This document shows, in pieces, positions 8,450 to 20,374 of a DNA stretch of 64,000 bases. Under the pieces are notes generated by a model. It did no database searches, was not told where the DNA came from, and saw nothing but the letters and a program-made list of their open reading frames with translations. Where the stretch lies: NCBI GenBank assembly GCA_035548815.1, contig DASZSF010000004.1, positions 57,261 through 121,260 of the forward strand, given 5' to 3'. The translations under genes were made by a program, and so were the position numbers. Numbering within the stretch: the stretch's first letter is position 1; every line of letters starts with the position of its first letter. The DNA is from Minisyncoccota bacterium (GTDB lineage: Bacteria > Patescibacteriota > Minisyncoccia > Phycocordibacterales > SBAW01).

Positions 8450-10978
8450 TTACTCAGCTATTCGCCAGCCCTGCGCAAGCAGTGGTTCCGCTTTTTTGAA
8501 CTTCATCTCGCGTGTCTCTGTGCCATTGGTGATGGTGACTTTGTCGTTGCGGCCAAGCTCTTTACCAGACTCTGCGAAAGCCGAAACAAAGCCGGCCTCG
8601 CCGCGCGAAGACGCGGTCGAGAGGCTTTGTGCAGGCTCCCCACTGGATGAAGGCATCACACTTAGCGTAGGTTGCGACTGTTTTTGGAGTCCTTCGAGCG
8701 TTTCAAACACACGCGCAGCAAGCGTGTATTCAAGCTCTTTGAAAAGCCGTGTGCCCTCTTTGCGATATTCCGTAAGCGGGTCGCGCTGGCCATAGGCACG
8801 GAGGTTCACACTGCCACGCAGATATTCCATCGACTCCAAGTGCTCTACCCACAGCATATCTATGGTTTGAAGCACCACTGCACGCGCCGCATGCAAAAAG
8901 TCGTCTCGACCAAATTCCGCTTCTTTCTTTGTAATCACTTCGAGTGCTGCTTCACTTCCAGAAGCAAGTTCGCGCAATACATCTTCCACATCATCGAGCG
9001 CGCCAACGAGTATCTTTCTGCGGCGGTCGTATATAGTCGTGCGCTGGCGGTCGAGCACATTGTCGAATTCAAGCACATGCTTGCGGGCATCAAAGTTGAA
9101 TCCTTCGATTTTAGTTTGAGCACTCTCAAGCGCACGGCTGACAAGCGCGTTCGTTATTGGCTCATCTTCAGGAATGCCGAAGCGCCCCATCATTCCTTTA
9201 ATAGAATCCGGCGCAAAGATGCGCATAAGGCTGTCTTCAAGCGACACAAAGAATTGTGTCTCGCCCGGGTCGCCCTGGCGGCCGGAACGGCCGCGCAGCT
9301 GATTGTCGATGCGGCGCGCCTCATGGCGCTCTGTTCCAAGCACAAAGAGTCCACCCATGTTTTTAATCTCTTGTGCCTCTTCTGCGGTTGCTACTGCGCC
9401 ACCGAGCTTAATGTCAACGCCGCGGCCAGCCATGTTTGTTGCCACAGTCACCTTTCCTTTGTGGCCGGCAGAGGCAATGATTTCACCTTCACGCTCGTGG
9501 TTCTTCGCGTTGAGTATCTCGTGCGGGACGCCTTCAGCCTTGAGGTAGGCAGACAAGAGCTCGTTCTTTTCAATTGACACCGTACCTACAAGCACTGGCT
9601 GGCCCTTTGCATGCACTTCTTTAATCTTGCGCGCAACCGCCTTAAACTTCCCTTCTTCGCTCTGGAATATCAAGTCGTTGCGGTCCACTCGGACAACCGG
9701 CTTATTCGTGGGAACTTCAACGACTTCTAATCCGTACACTTTGTAAAATTCCTCAGCTGATGTCTTAGCGGTACCGGTCATGCCAGCCAGCTTTTCATAC
9801 AAACGGAAGTAATTTTGGTATGTTATGGACGCAAATGTGCGTGATTCCTTCTGCACAACAACGTGCTCTTTTGCTTCAATAGCCTGATGCAGACCTTCCG
9901 ACCATCGGCGCCCTGGCTGCATGCGGCCAGTGAATTCATCGACAATTATGACTTCGCCGTTTCTTACAACGTATTGTTTGTCACGCTCAAAAAGCGCCCG
10001 TGCACGAACGGCCGTCTCTAAATGGTGAACATATTTAATGCCTTTTTCGGTGTATATATTTTCTACACCTAGTAGTTTTTCAGCATGTTCGATGCCGGCA
10101 TCAGTAAGCTGTATCGCCTTTTGCTTTTCGTCGACTGTGTAGTCGGTCTGCGGTGTAAGCTTTCCAGCAATATCAGCAAATTGCCGGTACAAATCTTCCG
10201 ACTCTTGAGCAGGCGCAGAGATAATGAGCGGCGTGCGCGACTCGTCAATTAAGATGGAGTCTATTTCGTCGACGACCGCGAAGTAGTACCCTCGCTGTCG
10301 AAGCTCATTCGAGCTGTAGGTAATATTGTCGCGCAAATAATCAAAGCCGAATTCGCTGTTCGTGCCATAGGTAATATCTGCTTCATAGGCTTGAGGCCGT
10401 GTGCACGGACGCAAAAATTCGTGGAATACATGGAAGCTCGCCTCTTCGTCGCGGATAGCATCATTTTCTTTATGCGTTTCGTCATAGATAAACGATTCGT
10501 TCAAATTGATGACGCCGACGCGCAGGCCAAGCGCCGCATATACTTGACCCATCCACACTGCGTCGCGGCGAGCCAGATAGTCGTTGACAGTCACCACATG
10601 CACGCCTTTGCCGGGCAATGCATTCAAATACGTCGGCAGTGTTGCAACGAGCGTTTTGCCTTCACCTGTTCGCATTTCAGCAATGCCGCGTTTATGCATG
10701 ATGATCCCGCCCACAAGTTGCACATCAAAATGGCGCAGCCCAAGCGTGCGTCGTGCACTTTCGCGCACTGCGGCAAACGCTTCAGGCAATAACGCATCGA
10801 GCGTCTCCCCTTCCTGCAGCCTGTTCCGAAACTCTGCCGTTTTGCCGCGGAGCGAATCATCAGAAAGCGCCTGGAATTCAGGCTCAAGCGCATTTATAGC
10901 GGCTATGGCTTTAGCGTTGTCAGATAGGGCCTTATTGGCACCTCCGCCAAAGAGACCTTTCAGTGAAATCATTGCCAC
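8450..10978 (-). CDS. secA: Preprotein translocase ATPase SecA
   Basis: 842 aa; DEAD motor motifs (MRTGEGKTLVATLP, VVTVNDYLARRD) and the typical SecA C-terminal region. Confidence 0.97.
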   Translation of the reverse strand: MAMISLKGLFGGGANKALSDNAKAIAAINALEPEFQALSDDSLRGKTAEFRNRLQEGETLDALLPEAFAAVRESARRTLGLRHFDVQLVGGIIMHKRGIAEMRTGEGKTLVATLPTYLNALPGKGVHVVTVNDYLARRDAVWMGQVYAALGLRVGVINLNESFIYDETHKENDAIRDEEASFHVFHEFLRPCTRPQAYEADITYGTNSEFGFDYLRDNITYSSNELRQRGYYFAVVDEIDSILIDESRTPLIISAPAQESEDLYRQFADIAGKLTPQTDYTVDEKQKAIQLTDAGIEHAEKLLGVENIYTEKGIKYVHHLETAVRARALFERDKQYVVRNGEVIIVDEFTGRMQPGRRWSEGLHQAIEAKEHVVVQKESRTFASITYQNYFRLYEKLAGMTGTAKTSAEEFYKVYGLEVVEVPTNKPVVRVDRNDLIFQSEEGKFKAVARKIKEVHAKGQPVLVGTVSIEKNELLSAYLKAEGVPHEILNAKNHEREGEIIASAGHKGKVTVATNMAGRGVDIKLGGAVATAEEAQEIKNMGGLFVLGTERHEARRIDNQLRGRSGRQGDPGETQFFVSLEDSLMRIFAPDSIKGMMGRFGIPEDEPITNALVSRALESAQTKIEGFNFDARKHVLEFDNVLDRQRTTIYDRRRKILVGALDDVEDVLRELASGSEAALEVITKKEAEFGRDDFLHAARAVVLQTIDMLWVEHLESMEYLRGSVNLRAYGQRDPLTEYRKEGTRLFKELEYTLAARVFETLEGLQKQSQPTLSVMPSSSGEPAQSLSTASSRGEAGFVSAFAESGKELGRNDKVTITNGTETREMKFKKAEPLLAQGWRIAE

Positions 10979-10994
10979 AATTTACCATAAAACA

Positions 10995-11022
10995 TAAGAA
11001 AAATCCCCCGCCAGCGGCGGGA
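10995..11022 (-). terminator. Terminator-like hairpin (CCCGCC/GGCGGG) plus U-tract about 17 nt upstream of the secA start codon; possible attenuator
   Basis: Minus-strand RNA ucccgccgcuggcggggg auuuuucuu; a second hairpin ccggcacacugccgg lies at 11045-11059. Confidence 0.45.
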
Positions 11023-11073
11023 GACTTTTCTTTCGAGAGGATATCCGGCAGTGTGCCGGAGCCTAAGAGACGC

Positions 11074-11118
11074 TTAGCGGCGCTTCTTCTTTGCTGCTTT
11101 CTTTTTCTTTGCTGCCAT
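11074..11118 (-). other. Candidate 14-codon Lys/Arg-rich leader micro-ORF (MAAKKKKAAKKKRR*) upstream of secA
   Basis: ATG GCA GCA AAG AAA AAG AAA GCA GCA AAG AAG AAG CGC CGC TAA read on minus strand; it is followed by two hairpins, then secA. Confidence 0.25.
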
Positions 11119-11176
11119 AATTTTGGCGACTCTCGTCGCAAATTGTTTTGGACATCGATCGACCTTGCTTCATGAG

Positions 11177-11188
11177 AGTCCGCGGACT
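11177..11188. promoter_or_regulatory. Perfect 12-bp palindrome AGTCCGCGGACT in the murB-secA intergenic region; candidate operator
   Basis: Read directly from sequence. Confidence 0.3.
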
Positions 11189-11292
11189 ACACATGGAGCA
11201 ATCTCGATGCTCTATACATAAGTATCGACTACATACTCTATAGATACAATGAAAATTATTTTTTATCTGTGGATATCTTTTTCGAAAAATTT

Positions 11293-12303
11293 TTACAAAA
11301 TTTTTACTTCCGGTTCTATTTTTATTTTTAATTCGCTAAAAACTTTTTCTTGAACATGCGATGCGAGTTCTTGGACATCATGCGAAGATGTTCCGCGTTT
11401 CGCCGCGATGACAAGCACTTGGTTTTCGAACAAACGCGCACCCCCCACCTCTGTTCCTTTAAGATGCAGCGCATGATCGAGCAGCCACGCAAGCGGCACT
11501 TTCACGCCTTCAGTTTCAGGCATATCAAACAAAGGCATATCAGGATATGTCTGTTTTAGCGCTTCTGCTTCTGCTTTTGGCATAATAGGGTTTTTAAAAA
11601 AGGAGCCCGCCGTTCCTTCTACTGAAAGATCAGGGAATTTAGCCGCGCGGATCTCAAGCACCGCAGCTCGGATAGAAGAAAGATCCATGCTCATATCGGC
11701 AAAGCGCGCTTTCAGGTCTTTGTACGAGATGTTGGGCGCGGGCTGTGTTTGAAGCACAAGCGTGGCATGGAGCACAATGTAGCGGCCATCTTCTTCCTTA
11801 AAGATGCTCCCGCGATAGCCAAGCGCACATTCCTCACGCGACAACGTTTTGATTTCGCGTGTGTTTGTATCAAACACTTCAATGGATTCAAGCACTTGCG
11901 AAAATGCAGCGCCATATGCGCCGATATTTTGTACGCACGCTCCTCCCACAGTGCCTGGAATTCCAGATAAGTTTTCTATTCCCCAGGCATCTTCTGCAAC
12001 TGCGCGTGCAACAAGCGCATCCCACGACTCGCCCGCACCGGCCGTTATAACGACGCGAGTTCCTTCGCGAACAACCTCAACACCCATACATTCTAGCTTG
12101 ATAACAAGACCATCAAACCCTTCGTCTGGTACCAGTACGTTCGAGCCACCTCCTAAAATAAACACGGGCGTATGTTGGTCCCGAGCAAAGTCGAGAGACT
12201 GGCGGATATCATCTAACGTCTTTGCAACACAGAAGAATCGCGCCGGCCCTCCTATGCGGAATGTCGTAATAGGGGCGAGCGCGATTGATTCCTGTATCTC
12301 CAT
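11293..12303 (-). CDS. murB: UDP-N-acetylenolpyruvoylglucosamine reductase
   Basis: 336 aa; FAD-binding N-term FRIGGPARFF...ILGGGSNVL and MurB C-terminal domain. Confidence 0.93.
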   Translation of the reverse strand: MEIQESIALAPITTFRIGGPARFFCVAKTLDDIRQSLDFARDQHTPVFILGGGSNVLVPDEGFDGLVIKLECMGVEVVREGTRVVITAGAGESWDALVARAVAEDAWGIENLSGIPGTVGGACVQNIGAYGAAFSQVLESIEVFDTNTREIKTLSREECALGYRGSIFKEEDGRYIVLHATLVLQTQPAPNISYKDLKARFADMSMDLSSIRAAVLEIRAAKFPDLSVEGTAGSFFKNPIMPKAEAEALKQTYPDMPLFDMPETEGVKVPLAWLLDHALHLKGTEVGGARLFENQVLVIAAKRGTSSHDVQELASHVQEKVFSELKIKIEPEVKIL

Positions 12304-12316
12304 GCTTCCTCTATTT

Positions 12317-14626
12317 CTAGGGCTTCAGAGTACCGTTTTGAATTTGAGTTATGACGCTCTGGATCTGTGATGCGAGCGATGGATTTAGTTGTGCCGCGCG
12401 GTTAAGTTCGGCAATAGCGTTTGTTTTATCACTTGCGGTGAAATACGCAGCGGCGAGGCCAAGATGCGCTTGCGCATCGTTCGGAGCCGCTTCAACGCGT
12501 AACTTCCAAATACCGACAACGCGATCGTACTGTTTAGTGTTTACATAGACTTGAAGGAGACGTGCATCATTTACGAGCACGGTGCCAAATCCATCTTTGA
12601 GCAATGCGTCGGCAGCGCTTCCCTGGCCGGCATAGTAGAGACCAGCGGCATACAGAATCCGAGCATCAGAATATGCTGGCTCCATGTCGAATGCCTGCTT
12701 GAGTATCGGAATCGCCTGATCTTTCTGGCCAGCGTTCAGATACGTAACGCCAATTTCAAACAGCACCTGCTGTTTTTGAGGCGAATGCGAATGAGCCTGG
12801 GCGAGTATTTCAAGCGCCTGAGGATACTGGCCGAAGCTATCAAGGAATGCCCCGTCGAAAAGTTCAAGGCGCGCATCATTTTTGCGCTGCTGCATGACGG
12901 CATCTACTGCATTTTGCGCTGCAACAAGCGTGTCTTGTTTGACCGATGGGTCAACGCTGGTTGATGCGGCAATGGTTGAGGCGTACTGCAAAAATTGCTC
13001 TGCCACTTCCTGGCGGCCCATGTCAGTGCCAGGCCATGTGTTATTTCCAAACGCCGTTTTAAAGTCGGCCAGACGTGTCTTGCCATCTTTTGCCTGTGCA
13101 ACAAGAGTCCCGTCGCTGTTTGGGACAGCAACTTGCGGTGTCAGCGCAGTGAGGATATTCTCTGCCCGAGCCATGCCCGGCACGTTCGCAGCCCAAACAA
13201 GGAGGATGGCTAGAACGCCGACAATAGGCGCTGCAATAGCAATTCCCTGGTCGCTTACAGGGCGAGCAAGCCCCGCAAAGCGCGGCGGTTTTTGCGCAAA
13301 GAGCGAGTGAGCGAATGCTAATATAAGAAAGAAGTACACGGAGCTCATGAGGTCATCGAACACAAACAGGTTGTTGAATCCGTACGCAGCAAGCGCGCCC
13401 ATGAGTATTGCTTGCTCAGGCTCTGCCAGTGAAGATCGCATAATGCTCCATGCAGCGAGCAAGAAGAATGAAATGTAGAGCAAGAACGCAGGAAGACCAC
13501 CGGCAATGAGCCAGTCGAGGAACTGGTTGTGCGCGCGGTCGAACCACTGCTCCTGGTTGTACATTTCCGGAGAGTAATATTTGTTGAAGACGAAGTTAAA
13601 GTTTTCCTGACCCCATCCTACGATAGCTGTTTTCGGGCTTTCAAATGACCCTTTGATAGCCATAGGCCATATATAGAAGAGGCGCGCTTTCGTTGTTGTG
13701 TCTTCAAGTGAAATAGAGCTGATGCGGCCGATGGTCGAGGGAGCGTTTTGGAGTAGTGATGTGCTGCGCAATGCAACGAAGCCAATCACAAGCGCCGCAA
13801 TGATACCAAGACCTATCCACGACGCACGGCGCATGCTGTGCCACTGCTGGCCACGCGCTTTCCAAATTATATAGAGAGCGGCAACAATGAGACCGCCTAT
13901 AAGCCCAAGGAACGAACCGCGCGTTTCGGTAAAGTAGAGAGTCGCGACCTCAAGCACGAGCGCAATACCGTACAGTACTTGTGCAGCTGTCGATTGACGC
14001 TGGCGAAACAACATGAAAAGCGTCAGGAAGACGTTCCAGAGCATGAACACAGCCAAGTAGGTCGCATTGCCGAAGGTGCCGTCAACACGGCTGCCGCTTT
14101 GTGAACTTATCGGGAACAGGTTCGCGAATTGGAGCATTGAATACACACCCATAAGCGCGCCTGACGTTATAGAAATTTGGAACAATCTGTTCCACCAATT
14201 TTCTGCTGTTACAACCGTCCCAACAATGTAGAAATAGACAAGGAAGTGCAGGATCGTCATATACCCTTCCATGCGTTCGAAGTTGCTCCAGAAGCTCTTC
14301 GCTGGGTCAACGCTCAAAACCGTTGCGAGCGCCATCCATCCAACGAACGCCAGTACTGCCCACGAAAGCATCGATGCGCGCGGTCGGTATTTTGGTTCGC
14401 GGAGCGCGAGCAACACATATGCACCAAGCATCAACTCCACCACGATCCGGAACATAAAGTTCTTGCCCGTGATGAATGGGAAGTACATGCCTGCAAACGG
14501 AATGTAGAGGTTGGCATGCGCCGTGTTTTGATACCCTGCCCCGCCGTCGGCGATAATAAATGGAACAAAGAAAATCAGCGCGGAACCCACAAGGAGCGCC
14601 CAGCGCAAAAAGCGTGTATACGACAT
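12317..14626 (-). CDS. O-antigen ligase/polymerase family (Wzy_C domain) polytopic membrane protein with C-terminal TPR repeats; candidate O-oligosaccharyltransferase
   Basis: About 770 aa; more than 10 TM helices with a large external loop, TPR-like C-terminus (ALEILAQA...GVTYLNAGQKDQAIPILKQAFDMEP...AELNRAAQLNP). Start taken at ATG 14626 (MSYTRFLRW) rather than the track's 14671, to avoid overlapping fcl. Confidence 0.8.
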   Translation of the reverse strand: MSYTRFLRWALLVGSALIFFVPFIIADGGAGYQNTAHANLYIPFAGMYFPFITGKNFMFRIVVELMLGAYVLLALREPKYRPRASMLSWAVLAFVGWMALATVLSVDPAKSFWSNFERMEGYMTILHFLVYFYIVGTVVTAENWWNRLFQISITSGALMGVYSMLQFANLFPISSQSGSRVDGTFGNATYLAVFMLWNVFLTLFMLFRQRQSTAAQVLYGIALVLEVATLYFTETRGSFLGLIGGLIVAALYIIWKARGQQWHSMRRASWIGLGIIAALVIGFVALRSTSLLQNAPSTIGRISSISLEDTTTKARLFYIWPMAIKGSFESPKTAIVGWGQENFNFVFNKYYSPEMYNQEQWFDRAHNQFLDWLIAGGLPAFLLYISFFLLAAWSIMRSSLAEPEQAILMGALAAYGFNNLFVFDDLMSSVYFFLILAFAHSLFAQKPPRFAGLARPVSDQGIAIAAPIVGVLAILLVWAANVPGMARAENILTALTPQVAVPNSDGTLVAQAKDGKTRLADFKTAFGNNTWPGTDMGRQEVAEQFLQYASTIAASTSVDPSVKQDTLVAAQNAVDAVMQQRKNDARLELFDGAFLDSFGQYPQALEILAQAHSHSPQKQQVLFEIGVTYLNAGQKDQAIPILKQAFDMEPAYSDARILYAAGLYYAGQGSAADALLKDGFGTVLVNDARLLQVYVNTKQYDRVVGIWKLRVEAAPNDAQAHLGLAAAYFTASDKTNAIAELNRAAQLNPSLASQIQSVITQIQNGTLKP

Positions 14627-14634
14627 ACGCGATA

Positions 14635-16570
<1,936 letters not shown>

Positions 16571-16654
16571 TGTTCTACCGCCCTTTCTGCCTGCCCGTCA
16601 ACTCATGCAACTAAAGCGACAGCATGCGGGTTACAAGATACAATACACTAATCC

Positions 16655-17473
16655 ATGCAGACGACCGTCATCCGACCTAAAAAAGTGCTGTCGCTTCGCG
16701 ACGTTGCCGAATTGTGGCAGTACCGCGAACTGCTCTACTTCTTTACCTGGCGGGACCTGAAGGTACGCTATAAGCAGACGACTGTGGGCGTCCTGTGGGC
16801 GATATTCCAGCCGTTCATAGCAATGGTCGTCTTTAGCGTATTTTTCGGCGCACTGGCAGGCATGCCGTCCGACGGCGTCCCGTATCCTATCTTCGTATAC
16901 GTCGGGCTCTTATTTTGGCAGTTCTTCTCCGCGTCCCTGACCGACACGAGCAACAGCCTTCTCACGAACCAGTCCATAATTACGAAAGTATATTTTCCCC
17001 GTCTCATACTGCCCTTGTCGGCCGTGTTGACCCAGTTAGTGGACTTCTGTATCGCGTCCATCATTTTGGTGGGGCTTATGTTCTACTACAACTACGTACC
17101 TAACCTGTCTGGACTTCTAATAGTGCCTCTCCTACTTCTCATCACGTTCCTCGCCGCATTGGGCGGCGGCCTCTTCCTGGCGTCCGTCAATGTCCGGTAC
17201 CGTGACGTGCGCTACGTGCTGCCGTATTTCATACAAATGCTGCTCTTCGTGACGCCGGTCATCTACCCAGCCAGCCTCGCGGGCGCGTATTCCTGGATAC
17301 TCGCGCTCAACCCTATGACCGGCGTCATCAAGGCGGCACGAGGTGCGCTCTTGGGCACCGAACCGGTCAATTGGACGCTGCTTGGCTTCTCAGCCGCGGC
17401 GGTGATAGTAGTATCCGTTATCGGTATCGTCAGTTTTAAAAAGACCGAGCGGCAGTTTGCTGACCTGCTTTAA
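16655..17473 (+). CDS. wzm: ABC-2 type polysaccharide exporter permease (Wzm/TagG-like)
   Basis: 272 aa, 6 TM; LRDVAELWQYRELLYFFTWRDLKVRYKQTTVGVLWAIFQP is the typical ABC-2 N-term. Confidence 0.85.
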   Translation: MQTTVIRPKKVLSLRDVAELWQYRELLYFFTWRDLKVRYKQTTVGVLWAIFQPFIAMVVFSVFFGALAGMPSDGVPYPIFVYVGLLFWQFFSASLTDTSNSLLTNQSIITKVYFPRLILPLSAVLTQLVDFCIASIILVGLMFYYNYVPNLSGLLIVPLLLLITFLAALGGGLFLASVNVRYRDVRYVLPYFIQMLLFVTPVIYPASLAGAYSWILALNPMTGVIKAARGALLGTEPVNWTLLGFSAAAVIVVSVIGIVSFKKTERQFADLL

Positions 17474-17476
17474 ACC

Positions 17477-19336
17477 ATGCTTTCTCTTTCCTCATGGGCG
17501 ACTGCCGGAGGTGTTCTAGCACTGCTGCAGGCAGTGCTATTGCCTGGACTTATTGTGGTACGCCTGCTGCGCATTGAGCTACCACTATCATTGCGCCTTG
17601 CGGCAATTCTGGCGCTTAGCCTCATGGCAAACTATACGACTATTTTCCTCTTGGCCTGGTTCGGGCTCTATACCGCACCAGCAGTTCTTTGGAGCATGGT
17701 GGCAGAATGCGCGGCCTTGCTCTTTCTATATCGTGATGTAGCCCGAACAGCGTTAACCGTTTCGCTTGAACAAGCACAGGATGCGGTCATAGGGTCATAC
17801 GAACAGCGTTGCGCGCCCGTGCGCGCATGGCTCGAAGACACACGCAGAGGCACGCCGGAAGGATTTTTGCTGCGGCTGACGCTCGTATTAGGGGCCGCCA
17901 CGGTAGCATATCTTTCCTACCTTTTGATTTCCAACGTGGGGACGCTATTCAATCTATGGGACCCTATCATTTCATGGAACCGGTGGGCCCTCGAATGGAG
18001 CGCCAACGGGCTCCCGCGCGACACATGGGAGTATCCACAGCTCATCCCCGCCGCGTGGTCGCTTGCATACGTGCTGGCCGGGAGCGGGGGAGAATATTTC
18101 GCCAAGGCGATAATGCCGCTCTTTCCGCTTCTGACTGTACTCGTGATGCTTGGAGGCGGCATACGCATGCGTTCGCCCAGCTATCTGCTTGGCGGCCCCA
18201 TGTTCGTGCTCCTCATGCGGGTGCTGTCGGGCAGCGCCATCATGGCGACCGAAGGATACGTCGACATGGCGGTCACGTTTTTTTCCTTCTGTGCCATCGC
18301 TACCTTGCTTTTTATACGCCCATCGACGCCGGACAGGCAGGCAGCACAGTTCCTCCTGCTGGGCGCGCTCTTTGCCATAGGCGCGGCGATGACCAAGCAG
18401 GCCGGATTGTATATCGTGGTCCTGTACCCCATTCTCTCGGCGCTCATACCCCTACGTGAACACGCGCCCCTGCGAGCGCAATGGCTACGGCAGTTTCTCA
18501 TATACGCACTAGCAGCACTCGCACTTCTAGGCCCTTTCTATATATATAAGGAGGTAGCGATACACACGCAAGGTGATATTTCAGTATTGCCGTCCATCCA
18601 CAATCAAATCTATGGCAGCGGCAAAAGCATGTTTGAAGTTGCTGGAGCAGGCCTCTGGTATTTGGTTACGAAGACCTACGGGCTTGCGGCTTTATACGCC
18701 GTTTTATGCCTGTTCGCATGGCGGGACAGACGCGTGCGCGCCCTGGCGCTTCTTGTCATCGTGCCGTATACGTTGTTCTGGAGCTTCGTGCTAAGCTACG
18801 ACAGCAGGAACATATCGCTGGTGGTGCCGCTTGTAGCGCTCGTAGCTGCAGTGGGCGTAGAACGGCTCATCGAGCGCAGGCGCGTCGCACAATGGCTCAT
18901 GTGCCTTCCTGCTCTGTGGGCCGCGGGAGCGGCGCTCGCGTGCATGCTGGCACTCACGCCTTTTGTGTCCCACAAGATTGCCTCCGCGTACGCGCACGAT
19001 TCGCGGCAGATATACGATACGGAGCTCAGCGTGCTGTTGAGCAACTACTTCGAACATCATCCCGAAGGCTCCATCTACACAAACTTTCCCATACTCTACT
19101 TTATGCCCGCGACAAAAGACCGCATCTGGAGCCCGTTTGGAGGCTATTCGACGAAAACATACGACTTTGACGCCTATGCGGCCAACGCAAACAACCCCGC
19201 CTTTACCTACCTGCTGAGCGCAGACTACACGCCGGCTGGAATCCGCGCTGACATCGAAGCAAAGATCCGCTCGGGCGTGTATGAAGAGGCGCTGCGCTCA
19301 GGGGGGTACTTGCTGGTCAAACGCGCCCGTAATTAG
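17477..19336 (+). CDS. Large polytopic membrane protein of unknown function, inserted between wzm and wzt; possible GT-C-fold glycosyltransferase using a polyprenyl-phosphate-sugar donor (inference from context)
   Basis: 619 aa, more than 10 predicted TM helices plus a C-terminal soluble region; no recognisable motif beyond its position next to the GT2+GtrA gene. Confidence 0.45.
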   Translation: MLSLSSWATAGGVLALLQAVLLPGLIVVRLLRIELPLSLRLAAILALSLMANYTTIFLLAWFGLYTAPAVLWSMVAECAALLFLYRDVARTALTVSLEQAQDAVIGSYEQRCAPVRAWLEDTRRGTPEGFLLRLTLVLGAATVAYLSYLLISNVGTLFNLWDPIISWNRWALEWSANGLPRDTWEYPQLIPAAWSLAYVLAGSGGEYFAKAIMPLFPLLTVLVMLGGGIRMRSPSYLLGGPMFVLLMRVLSGSAIMATEGYVDMAVTFFSFCAIATLLFIRPSTPDRQAAQFLLLGALFAIGAAMTKQAGLYIVVLYPILSALIPLREHAPLRAQWLRQFLIYALAALALLGPFYIYKEVAIHTQGDISVLPSIHNQIYGSGKSMFEVAGAGLWYLVTKTYGLAALYAVLCLFAWRDRRVRALALLVIVPYTLFWSFVLSYDSRNISLVVPLVALVAAVGVERLIERRRVAQWLMCLPALWAAGAALACMLALTPFVSHKIASAYAHDSRQIYDTELSVLLSNYFEHHPEGSIYTNFPILYFMPATKDRIWSPFGGYSTKTYDFDAYAANANNPAFTYLLSADYTPAGIRADIEAKIRSGVYEEALRSGGYLLVKRARN

Positions 19337-19338
19337 GT

Positions 19339-20370
19339 ATGAAAAAAGCCGTCATAATTCCTGCATACGAGCCGGGCGAACACTTCGCTCCGTTCATCCG
19401 CGAACTTGCCGAAGGGCCGTACGAACGCATCGTTATCGTGGACGACGGCAGCAGTGCGCCCGCGCAGCGGTTCTTTGACGAGGTGCGCGGCACGCCGCGC
19501 ACCGTGGTGCTTGCGCACGAGGTCAACCGCGGCAAGGGGGCGGCGCTCAAGACCGCCTTCGGCTACATCCGCGCATCAGAGCCCGACATAGAGCACGTGG
19601 TTACCGCGGATGCGGACGGACAGCACGCGCCTGAAGACATTCTGCGCACGGCGCAGAAACTGGAGACAGAGCCGGGTGCGCTGGTGCTCGGCACACGCAC
19701 GTTCGAAGGCGAGGTGCCGTGGCGAAGCCGGTTCGGCAACACGCTTACGCGCGGGCTTTTTAAGGCATTGTTCGGCATCGCGATTTCCGACACACAGACC
19801 GGCTTGCGGGCGCTCCCTGCTTCGGCGCTTTCTCACTTCATTGCCATCCCCTACAACCGCTACGAATTCGAGTCGGAAATGCTCTTGGTGGCATCACGCG
19901 CCACAATGCCGATACGCGAAGTCCCCATACGCACCATCTACGAGGACGGCAACGCATCTTCCCATTTCAACCCGCTCATAGACTCGTTCAAGATCTACTT
20001 CGTGCTACTGCGCTACACGCTCGCTTCGCTCGCGTCTGCGCTGATAGATTTTGTTGTCTTTTTGCTTATCTATCCGCTTGTTGCCAACGTGCTGGTTGCC
20101 ATATATACCGCACGGGCTGTTTCCCTCTTTGCCAACTACGGTCTTAATAGCAATGCCGTATTCCATGACAGAGCTTCCATATGGCGAACGTTCCCTAAAT
20201 ACCTGCTTTTGGTTATCATCTCTGGTTTTGTTGCGGCAGGGCTTATCATCGCAGGACATTTGTATATAGGACTCCCTATAGCGTTGGCAAAAATCCTAGC
20301 AGAATCTATGCTGTATGTGGTGAATTTCTTTGTGCAGAAAAAATTCATTTTTACTGCGCACAGATCATAG
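19339..20370 (+). CDS. GT2 glycosyltransferase fused to a C-terminal GtrA-like membrane domain (polyprenyl-phosphate sugar synthase, DPM1/ArnC/GtrB-like)
   Basis: 343 aa; VIIPAYEPGEHF...IVIVDDGSS...DADGQH GT2 core, followed by a 4-TM GtrA-like tail. Confidence 0.8.
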   Translation: MKKAVIIPAYEPGEHFAPFIRELAEGPYERIVIVDDGSSAPAQRFFDEVRGTPRTVVLAHEVNRGKGAALKTAFGYIRASEPDIEHVVTADADGQHAPEDILRTAQKLETEPGALVLGTRTFEGEVPWRSRFGNTLTRGLFKALFGIAISDTQTGLRALPASALSHFIAIPYNRYEFESEMLLVASRATMPIREVPIRTIYEDGNASSHFNPLIDSFKIYFVLLRYTLASLASALIDFVVFLLIYPLVANVLVAIYTARAVSLFANYGLNSNAVFHDRASIWRTFPKYLLLVIISGFVAAGLIIAGHLYIGLPIALAKILAESMLYVVNFFVQKKFIFTAHRS

Positions 20371-20374
20371 TTAT

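Noticed and set aside
8672-9577. 301-aa + strand ORF
   Set aside because: Entirely antisense within the well-supported secA coding region.
10932-11175. 69-70-aa ORFs on both strands in the secA-murB spacer
   Set aside because: No coding signal. The region is better explained by hairpins, the Lys-rich micro-ORF and a palindrome.
17809-18459. 216-aa Arg-rich + strand ORF
   Set aside because: Alternative frame inside the 619-aa membrane-protein gene; composition artefact.
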